41,477 bases of DNA from a virus (IMGVR_UViG_3300020016_000021:1-41477), one strand, 5' to 3'. Shown: positions 14,345 to 24,309, numbered from the stretch's first letter. The notes: a model not told the origin generated them from the sequence alone. A program made the numbers and translations.

Positions 14345-14907
14345 CAGTCGGCCACCTTGGTCGCGGAGAAGGAGCGCGCGCTCACGTTGCAGGCGGCGCC
14401 CGAGGACTGCCGCAGCTGGAGCCGGACGAAGTCACCGATGGTGTTCACCTGGTAGGGCATCGTCACGCACAGCTCCGTGTCGAACGTCAGGTGGCCGCGC
14501 AGCGACTGGCGTGCATCGCTGGCAGGGCCCAGGTTGGGGACGATGATGCCCTCCCGGCCGCCGACAGTGGCGTTACCGTTGGGAGCCCAGTTCACCTCAG
14601 CGCTGATCATGTAGATGCCGGTGGAGGTAAACGTGATGCGGTCGTTGTTGACACCCAGGTTGACCATCGCCGCGTTGTCGTAGTCCTCTACAGCGAAGGT
14701 CGCGAACGTGTTGGTGTTCGCGGGGATCGACTGGTTGGCCGTGGCCGAGCAGCGCGCGGAGGGGCGGTTCAGGGCGGCCGTGATCCGGGCGACCTGAGCG
14801 GCCACGTCGGTGTCGACGTCCCGGGCGAAGTCTTCGATCTGCGCCTGAGGGTTGGCCGGATCGGTGTAGAACGGGTACGTGTAGCCCCGTGGGGTGTTCG
14901 CGGGCAT
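14344..14907 (-). CDS. Minor tail protein (paralog of neighbours)
   Basis: NTPRGYTYP..DP..IEDFARDVD; ITFTSTGIYMISAEV. Confidence 0.7.
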   Translation of the reverse strand: MPANTPRGYTYPFYTDPANPQAQIEDFARDVDTDVAAQVARITAALNRPSARCSATANQSIPANTNTFATFAVEDYDNAAMVNLGVNNDRITFTSTGIYMISAEVNWAPNGNATVGGREGIIVPNLGPASDARQSLRGHLTFDTELCVTMPYQVNTIGDFVRLQLRQSSGAACNVSARSFSATKVAD

Positions 14908-14908
14908 C

Positions 14909-15637
14909 TCAGGCCCTCCTCGCGCTGACTGCGTCCCAGACGAGCGCCTGGCCTGCTCCCAGGGTAGAGCGCAGGGCCACCCGCATGAAGCCGGAGACCG
15001 GGGCCGTGACAGTGCCCGAAACGACGCGGTACGGCGGGTGCTGCGGGACGTCGTTGGACGTCACCACGTTGATGCTCGCCGAGCTGACGGTGGGGTACAG
15101 GTCAGTCATGTTGGCGAACCACATAGCGTCGATCTTGGCGTCGGCCGTCTGGGGGCCGCCGTTGTAGTCGCCCCCGACGAACGCCGCGATGGACCAGATG
15201 TCGCCCGCGTTGACCGCGATGGGCGCCGAGTACAGGTAGTGATCGGACGCCTGCGCAGAGAACACCCGTGCGGCCTGCGTGCCGTCCGGCGCATCGGTGA
15301 CGGTCGTGGTGATGGCCGTGGACGCGCCGCTGATGTCGGCAACCTGCCACTGGACCGGCTGCGACCCCGGCTGCGACTCCTCGAAGGACGGGTTGAGGAC
15401 TGCGTTCGAGCCGGTGCCGACAAGCCGCCCGGTGGCCACCCAGGATGCGTCCTGCCGCACGAGGTGGACCACGGTGCCAGCCGCGGGCGGAGAGACTGCG
15501 GTCGCGGTGAACGGCAGCAGGAATCCGACCTCCATCACCGTCGTGCCCACGCGTACGAACATCGTGTTCGGGGTGGCCAGCACGACCGTGCCGATCCGGG
15601 ACTCGGTGAATGCCCCCTCGGGGATGGGGCTAGACAT
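14909..15637 (-). CDS. Minor tail protein with a carbohydrate-binding-like domain
   Basis: NAVLNPSFEES..W and terminal LVWDAVS pattern typical of CBM4/9-like folds. Confidence 0.7.
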   Translation of the reverse strand: MSSPIPEGAFTESRIGTVVLATPNTMFVRVGTTVMEVGFLLPFTATAVSPPAAGTVVHLVRQDASWVATGRLVGTGSNAVLNPSFEESQPGSQPVQWQVADISGASTAITTTVTDAPDGTQAARVFSAQASDHYLYSAPIAVNAGDIWSIAAFVGGDYNGGPQTADAKIDAMWFANMTDLYPTVSSASINVVTSNDVPQHPPYRVVSGTVTAPVSGFMRVALRSTLGAGQALVWDAVSARRA

Positions 15638-16193
15638 TGGTCAAGATCTGGACTGCGTACATGTTCACGCTGTACGTGAAGACAGTAGCGGCCAGCCCGA
15701 AATGATGGGTCATCAGGTGCAGCTGATCTCCGGCGCGGAAGAACGCCACGTCGGTCCAGTTGACTTCCTCATTGACCAGCGACCAGCCGGGGCCCTGCCG
15801 GGAGGTGAACGGGGAGCCGTTGAGGAGCGGCTCAACCCGCATGCCGTTGCTGGATCCGGCCGCCGTGGTCATCAGGGCGGTGCCGCCGATGATGTACCAG
15901 CCGTCCTGTTGGATGATGATCTGGTCCGAGACCGTGTCGGCCATGCCAGCCGTGTCGAACCGGACGAAGCCGTTCAGGAAATGGATGATGTCGTTGCCTG
16001 CGGCGTTCTGCCCACCCTCCATAAACACGGAATCAGGGGCCGTCAGGGTGTCGGTGATCTCATCCGACAGCTCCTGCACCGCCGCGTCCGTGGCGAACGC
16101 CAGGTCCCGCAGCTGGGCGATGTCGGACGCGTCCTTGGTCAGGGGCGGATCACACTGCGGGTACGGCAGCTCGAGGCACTCGGTCACATCCAT
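15630..16193 (-). CDS. Minor tail protein (paralog)
   Basis: TECLELPYP..DP..QLRDLAFATD; IIIQQDGWYIIG. Confidence 0.7.
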   Translation of the reverse strand: MDVTECLELPYPQCDPPLTKDASDIAQLRDLAFATDAAVQELSDEITDTLTAPDSVFMEGGQNAAGNDIIHFLNGFVRFDTAGMADTVSDQIIIQQDGWYIIGGTALMTTAAGSSNGMRVEPLLNGSPFTSRQGPGWSLVNEEVNWTDVAFFRAGDQLHLMTHHFGLAATVFTYSVNMYAVQILTNV

Positions 16194-16202
16194 GTCGTCC
16201 CC

Positions 16203-17303
16203 TTAACTGAGCGTCGCCTGCATGCGCACGTACGCGCGCGTTGACAGAGTCATCGTGCCAGGTCCCAGCGGGTACGTGATGGAGTCGATCAACTGCACCT
16301 GGTTCTCGCCCCGCGAGATCAGGCGCACCGTGTCGCCTGGCTCGAGGGTGTAGTCCGGCACCATGGCCACTGTCCAGCTGGACGACAGGGCCGTGGCCGC
16401 GTTCAGCTCCGCGCGCGCGAGCGTCTGCGCCTGCCCGATTGTCAGGGGGGTCTGCACCTTGATCACCTTGGTGACCCTGCCGAACGGGCCGCCCCACCGG
16501 GTCGGCGACGTCGGCGAGTTGTCCCGGGCGGTCACCGTGAACGGAGCGCCCCCGTCGAAGCGTTCGACGAACACGGTGACCGAGTTGGCGGCCCCGTCCC
16601 GCGTGATCGACGGAGCGCCCGACACCAGCAACCCGCCCTTGCCGTCCTGGACGGTCTGGACGACCGTGCCGACGTCGTAGGGGTATTCCCGAACGACGAA
16701 GTCTCCGTTGCCGAGCGCGTACCAGCGACCGCCGATCGCGTTGGCGAGATCGTCCAGCGCCTTGCCCCGGTCGGTGTCCCACGTGAGCACCGGGGTGGCC
16801 GCGTCGGTGACATCATCGGTGCCGAACGTGGCCTCGGGTAGTGCCTCGGAGATCAGGCGCCGGATCTGGCTGACCACAGAGACGTTCTCCGAGTTGCGGG
16901 GCTGCTCGAACTCCACCCCCAGGACGTCGGCCGCGAGATCGTCCACGCGCGCGGTGACCGAGCCGTCATCGTTGCGGGTGATCTCTCCGACACGGCCCGT
17001 GATGACGTCGAAGATCTCCCGGGACCCGTCGCCGTACCGGATGCCCGCCCGGATGTTGACCACCGTGCGGTACGGGGTGAGCGGGGCTGCCGGATCCGTG
17101 CTCGGCCACCACTCCCCGCCGAGCGTAAACGTCCCGGTCCGCGTCACGCGGTGCGTCAGGTTCGCCGAGATGCTGCCGCTGAAGACCGGGACGTCCCGGG
17201 CAATGACGGTGCCCCCGGGGCCGTCATACAAGTCGGCCTGGAACACGCCCTGCTGGTTCGGGGCGTGGATCGCCTGCTTGTACAGAGCCGAGGACGTCAG
17301 CAT
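16203..17303 (-). CDS. Minor tail / baseplate hub-like protein
   Basis: ATG 17303 (MLTSSALYKQ...); GSISAN..RVTRTG.F, DR.KAL..LA, PDY.LEPGD.V motifs typical of actinophage minor tail proteins. Confidence 0.75.
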   Translation of the reverse strand: MLTSSALYKQAIHAPNQQGVFQADLYDGPGGTVIARDVPVFSGSISANLTHRVTRTGTFTLGGEWWPSTDPAAPLTPYRTVVNIRAGIRYGDGSREIFDVITGRVGEITRNDDGSVTARVDDLAADVLGVEFEQPRNSENVSVVSQIRRLISEALPEATFGTDDVTDAATPVLTWDTDRGKALDDLANAIGGRWYALGNGDFVVREYPYDVGTVVQTVQDGKGGLLVSGAPSITRDGAANSVTVFVERFDGGAPFTVTARDNSPTSPTRWGGPFGRVTKVIKVQTPLTIGQAQTLARAELNAATALSSSWTVAMVPDYTLEPGDTVRLISRGENQVQLIDSITYPLGPGTMTLSTRAYVRMQATLS

Positions 17304-17914
17304 CAGCCCACGACCGACCACATGGAGATGGCCGACAGGGTGCGCGAGGCCATGGTGATGGATGCAGGCAGCGAGGTCTGCGCGGCCGGGCCGGTGGCGA
17401 ACCGGCCGGTGGTCGCAGTCAGGCCGAAGTTGATCGTGCCCGCACCCGAGCCAGCGACCGCACCGCGCGCGAGGTTCGGGGACGTGGTGCCGTTGGAGAG
17501 CAGCGTCAGGAAGTAGGCGCCGGGCGTCACGGCCACCGGGGCCGTCATCGCGGCCTGCACGTAGCCCGTACCCGCCCATGCGGCCGTCTGGTCCGCGCTC
17601 TGCGCGATGCGGGTGCCAGCCGCGTTGTAGATGCCGACGAAGTTCTGCCCGACCGTCAGGGCGACGCCTGCGGTCGTGATGGAGATGCCGATAGAGCTGA
17701 GCGTCACCGGCTCCCGGATCCAGATCTTCGACATGAACGGGGTACCCGTAGTGATCGTTGATGAACCCGAGTTGGCGTAGGGGTCGCACGTCCAGGCAAT
17801 CATGCCGTGGTCGACCGGGTTCGTCTCCACCGTGCGGTGCAGCTCAAACAGGGTGTCGTTCAGCAGCGTGCCCCAGGGGTCGGTGCCGATCGGGATCGGT
17901 GCGTTGTAAGCCAT
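17303..17914 (-). CDS. Virion-associated beta-rich protein
   Basis: ATG 17914; P..GTDPWG..LN N-terminus; similar to 24321-24992. Confidence 0.65.
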   Translation of the reverse strand: MAYNAPIPIGTDPWGTLLNDTLFELHRTVETNPVDHGMIAWTCDPYANSGSSTITTGTPFMSKIWIREPVTLSSIGISITTAGVALTVGQNFVGIYNAAGTRIAQSADQTAAWAGTGYVQAAMTAPVAVTPGAYFLTLLSNGTTSPNLARGAVAGSGAGTINFGLTATTGRFATGPAAQTSLPASITMASRTLSAISMWSVVG

Positions 17915-17918
17915 GATG

Positions 17919-18797
17919 TTATCCTCCGTCGCCGTAGGGGCCTGACCCATACGGGCCCAGGCCGTAACCGTCGTCCGGCGAGACGGCCGAGCCGTTCGCC
18001 ACCTGCGCCCACGTCAGGCCTGCATTGGTCAGATCCTGATAGGTGGCGAACTGTTCCTGCAAGGCGCACCAGTTGGCCGTGTCGGTGCCCTGCTGCGGGC
18101 CGAGCGGCCGCTCTACGACGGTGAACGGCATGGACCACACCCGGAACGGCATGCGCTGGTCGCGCTGCCCGCCGAGGTACGCACGGGTGACATCGCCCGG
18201 CTGGACGAATGCGTCCGGGAACCCGTACACCGTAGGCATCTGGATCTGGATCGGCCCACCGGCTGTGAGCAGCGCGTGCATGGCGTCGGACGCCTCGAGG
18301 GTCTTGGCCAGCACCTGGAACGAGCCGTCCAGCCGCTTGCGGCGGCCGTACAGGTCGGCTGGGGTCTCCGACTGGTAGATGTCGAACAGGTGCGCGTCGG
18401 CTCGGCGGACTTCGTCGCCGAACCCGATCCACACCAGGCGCGGCCCGTCCGGGTCGCAGAGCAACTGCATGGCCGTGGTCGCGGTGTCGCAGAAGTCAAC
18501 GGACAGGTTGGCCCATGGGCGCAGCGGGTCTTTGAGCAGGACGGTGCCGTCCGAGACCTCGATGTACGGGCCCTGCACGATGTTGCGGTCGCCCGGCTGA
18601 CCCATCCATCGGTACCAGACCACCGTGTCGAGGGGCACCGAGGTGTCGTTGTAGATGCCGACCTCGTTGAGGAGGTCCACGGTGTCCAGGTCCACCCACG
18701 GGCCGGAGGAGGTGGGCCCCCGGCTGATCGTCGCGGTCGTCTGGACCCCGGCCTGCGGACCGAAGTCGGCGGTAAGGAAGATCACTCCGTCGGCCAT
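17919..18797 (-). CDS. Distal-tail-like minor tail protein
   Basis: Immediately after tape measure; LKDPLRP motif; C-terminal GYGLGPYGSGPYG. Confidence 0.7.
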   Translation of the reverse strand: MADGVIFLTADFGPQAGVQTTATISRGPTSSGPWVDLDTVDLLNEVGIYNDTSVPLDTVVWYRWMGQPGDRNIVQGPYIEVSDGTVLLKDPLRPWANLSVDFCDTATTAMQLLCDPDGPRLVWIGFGDEVRRADAHLFDIYQSETPADLYGRRKRLDGSFQVLAKTLEASDAMHALLTAGGPIQIQMPTVYGFPDAFVQPGDVTRAYLGGQRDQRMPFRVWSMPFTVVERPLGPQQGTDTANWCALQEQFATYQDLTNAGLTWAQVANGSAVSPDDGYGLGPYGSGPYGDGG

Positions 18798-21550
18798 CAG
18801 CGCCGTACCCCCTGAGTCATGAGCCTGGCGTTCGTCCGGTTGTGGAGCGAGAAGCGGGTGTCGATGTGGCTGTCGATCAGCTCGTTGCCGAGGAAGATCT
18901 GAATGGTGGGCGCCTTGGCCTGGTGAGCGGGCACCGAGAGTGCTCCACCTCCGCCCAGCGATCCGGCGGGACCGCCGCTCATGCCCGAGGGGAGCAGTCC
19001 GCCGAGGGTGGACCGGATCTCGGGCAGCTTATCGTCCAGGCCGAGGATGTAGCCCTCGAGAGTGTTGCGCCCCATCTCGCGCATGACGCGCGAGGGCGAG
19101 TGCATGTCGAGAAGGAAGCCGACCGGGTTGGTGACCGCTGCGGCGATCTCTCCGGCCTTGTCCTTGAGGCGGCCGAGCTGCGAGGAGAGACCTTCGATGA
19201 ACCCGCGCACCACGTCTGCGCCTGCGCCGAACAGAAGGTGGCCGAGGTCGCCGAGCGCGCTGGTGATGCGGCCGGGCAGCTTGCCGACCTCGGCCGAGGC
19301 CCGGTCGACCATCTCGTTGAAGCCCTGGACGGCCCGGTCCCGGATCTCGCGCACGCGGTCAGTCGTCAGGCCGACCAGCGAGAGGAGCTTCTCGCCGATG
19401 GACCGGACGAAGATGCTCGTGAGCTCGACGATCTTGTTCCAGATGTTGGCGACGAGCGTCTTGGCCCCCTCGAACGCCGAGGAGAAGTCGCCGCGCAGCA
19501 GATCCACGAGGATGTTCAGCGCGGGGATGACCACGCCGTTCAGCTGCGCCACCAGGACGTTCAGGGCGCCGGTGACGAAGCGCAGGAGCAGCGCGATCAG
19601 GGGTTCGATGATCGGCATGAGATCGTCGACCAGCTTGATCGTCAGATTCGTCAGTTCGACCAGCACGGGAGTGATCGCCACCAGCAGCGCGGCGAAGGTC
19701 TCACCGAGCTTGGCCAGCGTGGGCGCCATGGCCACGACGATCTTGGTCAGGATGGGGAGGAGCTTGGTCGTCAGCTCCACCAGCGGGGGCAGGAGCGCGG
19801 GGAGCACGGTTGTGGCCAGCGTGTTGAAGACCGGGAGCAGTTGGGCTGCCAGGTTGGCCGCGAGCTGCTGCGCGAAGGGGACCAGCTGGGTGAAGACCTG
19901 ACCGAGCGAGTCGAACAGGGGGATCAGGGCGGGGAGCAGCGAGGAGATGAGCTGCGCGGCCAGCGTGATGAAAGGGGTCACAACCGGGACAAGTTTGGCG
20001 AAAGCCGCAGCGAGGGACACCAGTACGGGGCCTAGCGCCTTGATCACCTGTGACAGTCCGTCACCGAGCACCTTGACCAGCTCCTGGACCGGCGGACCCA
20101 GGGTCTGGAAGACCGGGCCGAGGGCCTGCAGGGCCTGCGAGATCAGCGGCAGGACGGTGGAGACGACGACGCTCATGGTCTGCGACAGGGCGGACAGCGC
20201 GTCCTGAAATCCCTTGGTCGCCGTGACGTCGGCGAAAGCCTTCGTCACCTTCTCCAGCGTGCCGAAGACCCCCTCCCCGTTCTGCTGGAAGGTCTTCATG
20301 ATGTTGCCGATGCCGGTAAAGATGTTGCCCACGGCACGGCCCAGTTGGGTGAACGCGTCGATCGCCGAGTTGATCGCGTTCTCGAGCGCGCCCGACTTGA
20401 ACGCGTTGGACAGCCGGTCAGAGATCTTCGTCGCCAGATCGCCTACGCCCTGGGTGATCCGGTCGAACGCGGGAGCCGCAGCAGCGCCGATCTGGCCGAG
20501 CCCGGTAACGATCTGGCCGGGGATTTTGGTCAGGTTGGTCAGCCCGAGGTTCGCCCCCGCGAGAGCCTTGCCGAGGGTGCCGTCCTTGGCCAGCTGCTGC
20601 GCTGCCTGCGAGGCGCCCTTGGCCATCTGGTTCAGCGTGGAAGCCGTGTTCTTCATCGCGTTGGAGACAAGGGGTAGGACGCTTGCCCCAAGCCCCTTAA
20701 GCTCCTGCGCCAGGCCCTGGAACAGGTTCTGCTGCACACCCTGCTGCAGCTCCTTGAACTGGCTCTTCATCCCCTGCAGCTCGATGACGAACTCCCGGGC
20801 GGCCGGGGCCAGCCCCTTCATTGCCTTCTCGAGGTCCTCGGGCTTGGCCTCGGGGTCGAACGCGGTCTTCACCGCCTCGCCGACACCGATCATGCCGAGC
20901 TTGACGGTCTGCGTGGCCAGCTGCAGCGAGATCAGGGCGGGGACGGCCACAGCGGCGGCCGGGGCCAGCTGCTGGAGGGCTGCCGTGACGCCCGCCAGAA
21001 CGGGCAGAACCGACGTTGCGGCCGACAGACCGCCGAACCCCTTGCCGACCAGCGCCAGGGGGCTCGAGAGCCCGCTCAGCACCTTGCCCAGGCGCGCGCC
21101 CGAGGCTGCACCACGGCCGTCTCGGTCGATGTCTACTTCGATCTCGATGTCGGGGGCCGTGGCCTCGAGCTCGGCCACCAGAGCTGCGAGCTCCGCATCG
21201 AGCTCGGCGATGTCCGCGTCGATCGCGGCCTGAAGTTCGATCTCCTGCGCCGCGAACTCGGCCTCTTGGATGAGCGCGCGCAGGTCGTCCTGAATCTCGT
21301 TCAGGGACTGGGCATCGTCCAGTCGCGCTTCCAGCTGGATCGGGTCGGCCGCGAGCTCGGCATCCTGAATGACCGCGTCCAGGTCAGTGATCAGCTGCGC
21401 GAGGGTGTCGTCTGCATCGAGCAGGGCCTGCAGCTCAACCGCATCGGCATCGGCTTCGGCCCGGTCCACGATGGCGCGCAGGTCCCGCTCGAGCTGTGGC
21501 AGGGCATTCGCCGTAGAGATGATCAGGTCAACTTCGGCCTCTGATGCCAC
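18797..21550 (-). CDS. Tape measure protein
   Basis: 917 aa, Ala/Leu/Gly-rich amphipathic repeats, G.D.VRGFIEG and MHSPSRVM C-terminal motifs. Confidence 0.92.
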   Translation of the reverse strand: MASEAEVDLIISTANALPQLERDLRAIVDRAEADADAVELQALLDADDTLAQLITDLDAVIQDAELAADPIQLEARLDDAQSLNEIQDDLRALIQEAEFAAQEIELQAAIDADIAELDAELAALVAELEATAPDIEIEVDIDRDGRGAASGARLGKVLSGLSSPLALVGKGFGGLSAATSVLPVLAGVTAALQQLAPAAAVAVPALISLQLATQTVKLGMIGVGEAVKTAFDPEAKPEDLEKAMKGLAPAAREFVIELQGMKSQFKELQQGVQQNLFQGLAQELKGLGASVLPLVSNAMKNTASTLNQMAKGASQAAQQLAKDGTLGKALAGANLGLTNLTKIPGQIVTGLGQIGAAAAPAFDRITQGVGDLATKISDRLSNAFKSGALENAINSAIDAFTQLGRAVGNIFTGIGNIMKTFQQNGEGVFGTLEKVTKAFADVTATKGFQDALSALSQTMSVVVSTVLPLISQALQALGPVFQTLGPPVQELVKVLGDGLSQVIKALGPVLVSLAAAFAKLVPVVTPFITLAAQLISSLLPALIPLFDSLGQVFTQLVPFAQQLAANLAAQLLPVFNTLATTVLPALLPPLVELTTKLLPILTKIVVAMAPTLAKLGETFAALLVAITPVLVELTNLTIKLVDDLMPIIEPLIALLLRFVTGALNVLVAQLNGVVIPALNILVDLLRGDFSSAFEGAKTLVANIWNKIVELTSIFVRSIGEKLLSLVGLTTDRVREIRDRAVQGFNEMVDRASAEVGKLPGRITSALGDLGHLLFGAGADVVRGFIEGLSSQLGRLKDKAGEIAAAVTNPVGFLLDMHSPSRVMREMGRNTLEGYILGLDDKLPEIRSTLGGLLPSGMSGGPAGSLGGGGALSVPAHQAKAPTIQIFLGNELIDSHIDTRFSLHNRTNARLMTQGVRR

Positions 21551-21559
21551 AGCCCCTCC

Positions 21560-22087
21560 TCAATTCGTTCCGAACAGACCGGCCAGCGAGGCTTCGATGG
21601 CGGCGGGATCATCCCCGTCATCATCCCACGCATCCTCGTGACCCACAGGGGGCACTGACATGCGGAAATCGAACTTCAGCCGCTCTTTCTGGTCCGCTCC
21701 CTTGACGCACGTGGCGTACGTCGCTGCGCACCACTCGCCGATCGACCGCTCCCACGGGTCCACGCCCGCGAGCACGAGACGCCCCAGCATCTCGTGCTGC
21801 ACCGACGTCTTCATCAGCCGGACCGCCTCCCACCACCTGCGGCCGGTCGCTTCGCTCACCAGACGAAGCGACTCGGCACGCAGCTCGGCGGCCGTCTCGG
21901 GGTAGTGCCACAGGCGATCGGCAAGGCGGTCGCGGATCTCGGGGGCCGCGAACCGGGACGCCAGTGTGGACAGGTTGTCGACCTGATCGATCCATGCTCC
22001 AGCGGGCTGCCAGGGAATCGTGTACGCGAGCCCGCAGACGCTCACGCGCACCCGCGCGCGGGAGAGCGCTGGATTACTCAGCGTCAT
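21560..22087 (-). CDS. Second tail assembly chaperone (gpT-like)
   Basis: Position between the first chaperone and tape measure; TGRRWWEAVRL. Confidence 0.65.
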   Translation of the reverse strand: MTLSNPALSRARVRVSVCGLAYTIPWQPAGAWIDQVDNLSTLASRFAAPEIRDRLADRLWHYPETAAELRAESLRLVSEATGRRWWEAVRLMKTSVQHEMLGRLVLAGVDPWERSIGEWCAATYATCVKGADQKERLKFDFRMSVPPVGHEDAWDDDGDDPAAIEASLAGLFGTN

Positions 22088-22376
22088 CGGCCGGGGCGGG
22101 CTGGTCCTTGCGCTGCCGCTTGACCAGCTTGTCGAAGATCTCCACCGTGATGTCCCGGATGCCCAGTTCCCCTGTGATCATCCGGTCGGTGATTTCGTCC
22201 CACTGGTCCTCACCCGACGAGTCCTTGAGGACGTACGTCAATCCCTTCACGATCTTGAACGGCGAAGCGTTCATGTTCATGAGCATCATGATCTTCTCGA
22301 TGTCCGAGTCGGGGATCGGCGTGAACTTGTACGCCTTCCCCTTGACCTGGATCGTGTACTGCTTGGTGTCGTCCAT
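22074..22376 (-). CDS. Tail assembly chaperone (gpG-like), possibly leaderless
   Basis: ~100 aa, synteny; TAGACT -10-like hexamer just upstream of ATG 22376. Confidence 0.65.
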   Translation of the reverse strand: MDDTKQYTIQVKGKAYKFTPIPDSDIEKIMMLMNMNASPFKIVKGLTYVLKDSSGEDQWDEITDRMITGELGIRDITVEIFDKLVKRQRKDQPAPADDAE

Positions 22377-22386
22377 GGACACGAGT

Positions 22387-22800
22387 CTAGGACCCGTCTG
22401 ATCGGAAGCGGTAGCCGCGCTGGGCTGCCACCTCGCGCAGCGCCCGGTCCAGGAACGGGTTGGCCCGCGTGCCCGGGTGGTGGACCACCTTGGCGAACAC
22501 CGTGCGGCCGCCTACCGTGAACTTGAGCACCTGCTTTGAACGGGGCCGGATGTCGTGCGGCGCGGTACCGTCGTTGACAAACCCCGCGTACTCGAGGTCG
22601 CTGCCGACTTTGCAGACCCCTCGCAGCGAGAAGATGCGAGGGGGCTCTGCCCGGATGGAGCTACGCAGACGCCCCGTACGGACCGGCGCCAAAACTCGAG
22701 CCCGGTTCACGACCTGTCGGGAGGCTTCCGTCAGCTCGCGCCTGGACGCGTTCGTCATCGTCCGGTTCAGCGCCGCTCGGTCCAGCCGGATCCGCCCCAC
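22387..22800 (-). CDS. HK97 gp10-like neck / tail completion protein
   Basis: APVRTGRLRSSI, YAGFVNDGT..H.I, V.HPGT.ANPFL.RAL motifs. Confidence 0.85.
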   Translation of the reverse strand: MGRIRLDRAALNRTMTNASRRELTEASRQVVNRARVLAPVRTGRLRSSIRAEPPRIFSLRGVCKVGSDLEYAGFVNDGTAPHDIRPRSKQVLKFTVGGRTVFAKVVHHPGTRANPFLDRALREVAAQRGYRFRSDGS

Positions 22801-22942
22801 CGTCCACCACCTCCGCCACGCCCGCGTTGATCCACCCCTGCACGCGCTCGTCAAGCTCGAGGTCGGCTTCGTCGCCGACCTCCACCAGATCGAACGAGAC
22901 CAGCGCCCGGACGCGCACTGTCTTGACTGCCCTCTTGGCCAT
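22661..22942 (-). CDS. Small acidic virion-associated protein overlapping the gp10-like gene
   Basis: Strong GAGGAGGAG RBS; VRVRALVSF..GDEA.L..R...W..AG.AE pattern. Confidence 0.6.
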   Translation of the reverse strand: MAKRAVKTVRVRALVSFDLVEVGDEADLELDERVQGWINAGVAEVVDGGADPAGPSGAEPDDDERVQARADGSLPTGREPGSSFGAGPYGASA

Positions 22943-22951
22943 GGCTCCTCC

Positions 22952-23476
22952 TCAGGCGCAGCACGTGTCGAGGCGAAGGGCCACGGTCATCGTGCCGCCG
23001 ATGCAGTTGCCGTCCACGCCGAACGGCTGATAGGAGCCTACGGCCACCTCGATGGCGGGGCTCGGGGGGTCGGTGTCGAGGTCGCCGAACGCGCAGCAGA
23101 CGGCCTGCTCCATGGCGCCCATGTCTGCGTCCAGCTGGAGCGCCACGGCCGTCCACTCATCCTCACCCGGGATGGTGGAGACGTCGCCGACCGGAGCGCA
23201 CCTGGCCACGCCGAGCTCGAGCGTGAGGGTGCGCTCCTGCGCGAAGCAGCCGGAGACCGCGTCGGCATCGCCGAGCTGCTTGACTCCGGAGAGTGACTGA
23301 ATACGTACCCAGCCCAGTCCGGTGCAGCACTCGTCTGTGGTTGTGCTGAGCAGGGGCGTGACCTCTCCGCCCGCCCGCAGCATGATCTTGTTGGCCGGGG
23401 GCGGGTTCGGGCCAGCGAGGAGGGCCGTCTGAAGACAGGCCAGCAGCTCTTGAGCCAGCGTGATCGCGTTCGTCAC
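22952..23476 (-). CDS. Tail terminator-like protein
   Basis: Cys-rich; ECC.GLGWVR, LELGVARC, GNCIGG motifs; synteny. Confidence 0.65.
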   Translation of the reverse strand: MTNAITLAQELLACLQTALLAGPNPPPANKIMLRAGGEVTPLLSTTTDECCTGLGWVRIQSLSGVKQLGDADAVSGCFAQERTLTLELGVARCAPVGDVSTIPGEDEWTAVALQLDADMGAMEQAVCCAFGDLDTDPPSPAIEVAVGSYQPFGVDGNCIGGTMTVALRLDTCCA

Positions 23477-24309
23477 AGGTTGTACCTCGGTCCCGAGAGG
23501 TCAGCGGAGTACACGCGCGACGGCTGCGTGCGCCGGAACGGGTTGACCGCCCGAACCCACAGGTCCACGTCCGAGATGCCTGTCAGGCCGTTCTCCAGCA
23601 GGCTGGACGGGTCCACCACCTCAAGCTGCACACCGTTGCGCGTCAGGGAGGACAGCTGCGCAGGCAGCGCGCAGTCCTGGCCCGCGCAGGCCTTCGCGAA
23701 CTCGCAGGCCATCTTGCCCGCCGCGATCCGCCCCGCCAGAGGCAGCGCCTCCCCCGGCTGATAGACGATCGTGAACGCCCCGGCCTCTTCCGGTCCCGCG
23801 TCCATGTCCTGGCACTCCGGCCAGCACTCACCGTCCGTGCGCACGAGCGTGGGGACGCCCCGGTAGGAGTCCAGGCGGTACGCGGAGGGGTCCAGGACGA
23901 TCCCGTCCACCCGAACCTCCACCACGTCGGCAACGGGTGTCGGGAAAGGCACCTCGCACGTTGCCCGGCAGGAGCACGGACCCGCGCACCCGCAGTTGCG
24001 CCAGATGCCGTCGTCGATCCAGGGGATCATCCATGGCATGCCGCCGCCGTTGGCCGGGGCGCCCACCGGCCACGTCAGGTAACCGAAAGACAAGCCGCAG
24101 CGGGGGCCGCACGGCCTGAAGTTCACGGCGCACTGCGCGAACCGGTGGCCGGTCAGCGCGTCCAGGATCTGCGTGGCCCACGCGGTCGCCGCAGCCTGCA
24201 CGGCCGGACTGAACGTGGACCACTCTGCGCAGCACGTGGTGTCCAGGGGCCAGTCACACGGACCCGCAGGCGCGACGGGAGCGAGCGGCGCAGGCTCGAT
24301 GACGGGCAT
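23473..24309 (-). CDS. Head-to-tail adaptor
   Basis: A..IL.ALTG.RF..C, LVRTDG.CWP.CQD, LTRNGV, TGI..VDLW...VNP motifs of actinophage adaptors. Confidence 0.75.
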   Translation of the reverse strand: MPVIEPAPLAPVAPAGPCDWPLDTTCCAEWSTFSPAVQAAATAWATQILDALTGHRFAQCAVNFRPCGPRCGLSFGYLTWPVGAPANGGGMPWMIPWIDDGIWRNCGCAGPCSCRATCEVPFPTPVADVVEVRVDGIVLDPSAYRLDSYRGVPTLVRTDGECWPECQDMDAGPEEAGAFTIVYQPGEALPLAGRIAAGKMACEFAKACAGQDCALPAQLSSLTRNGVQLEVVDPSSLLENGLTGISDVDLWVRAVNPFRRTQPSRVYSADLSGPRYNL

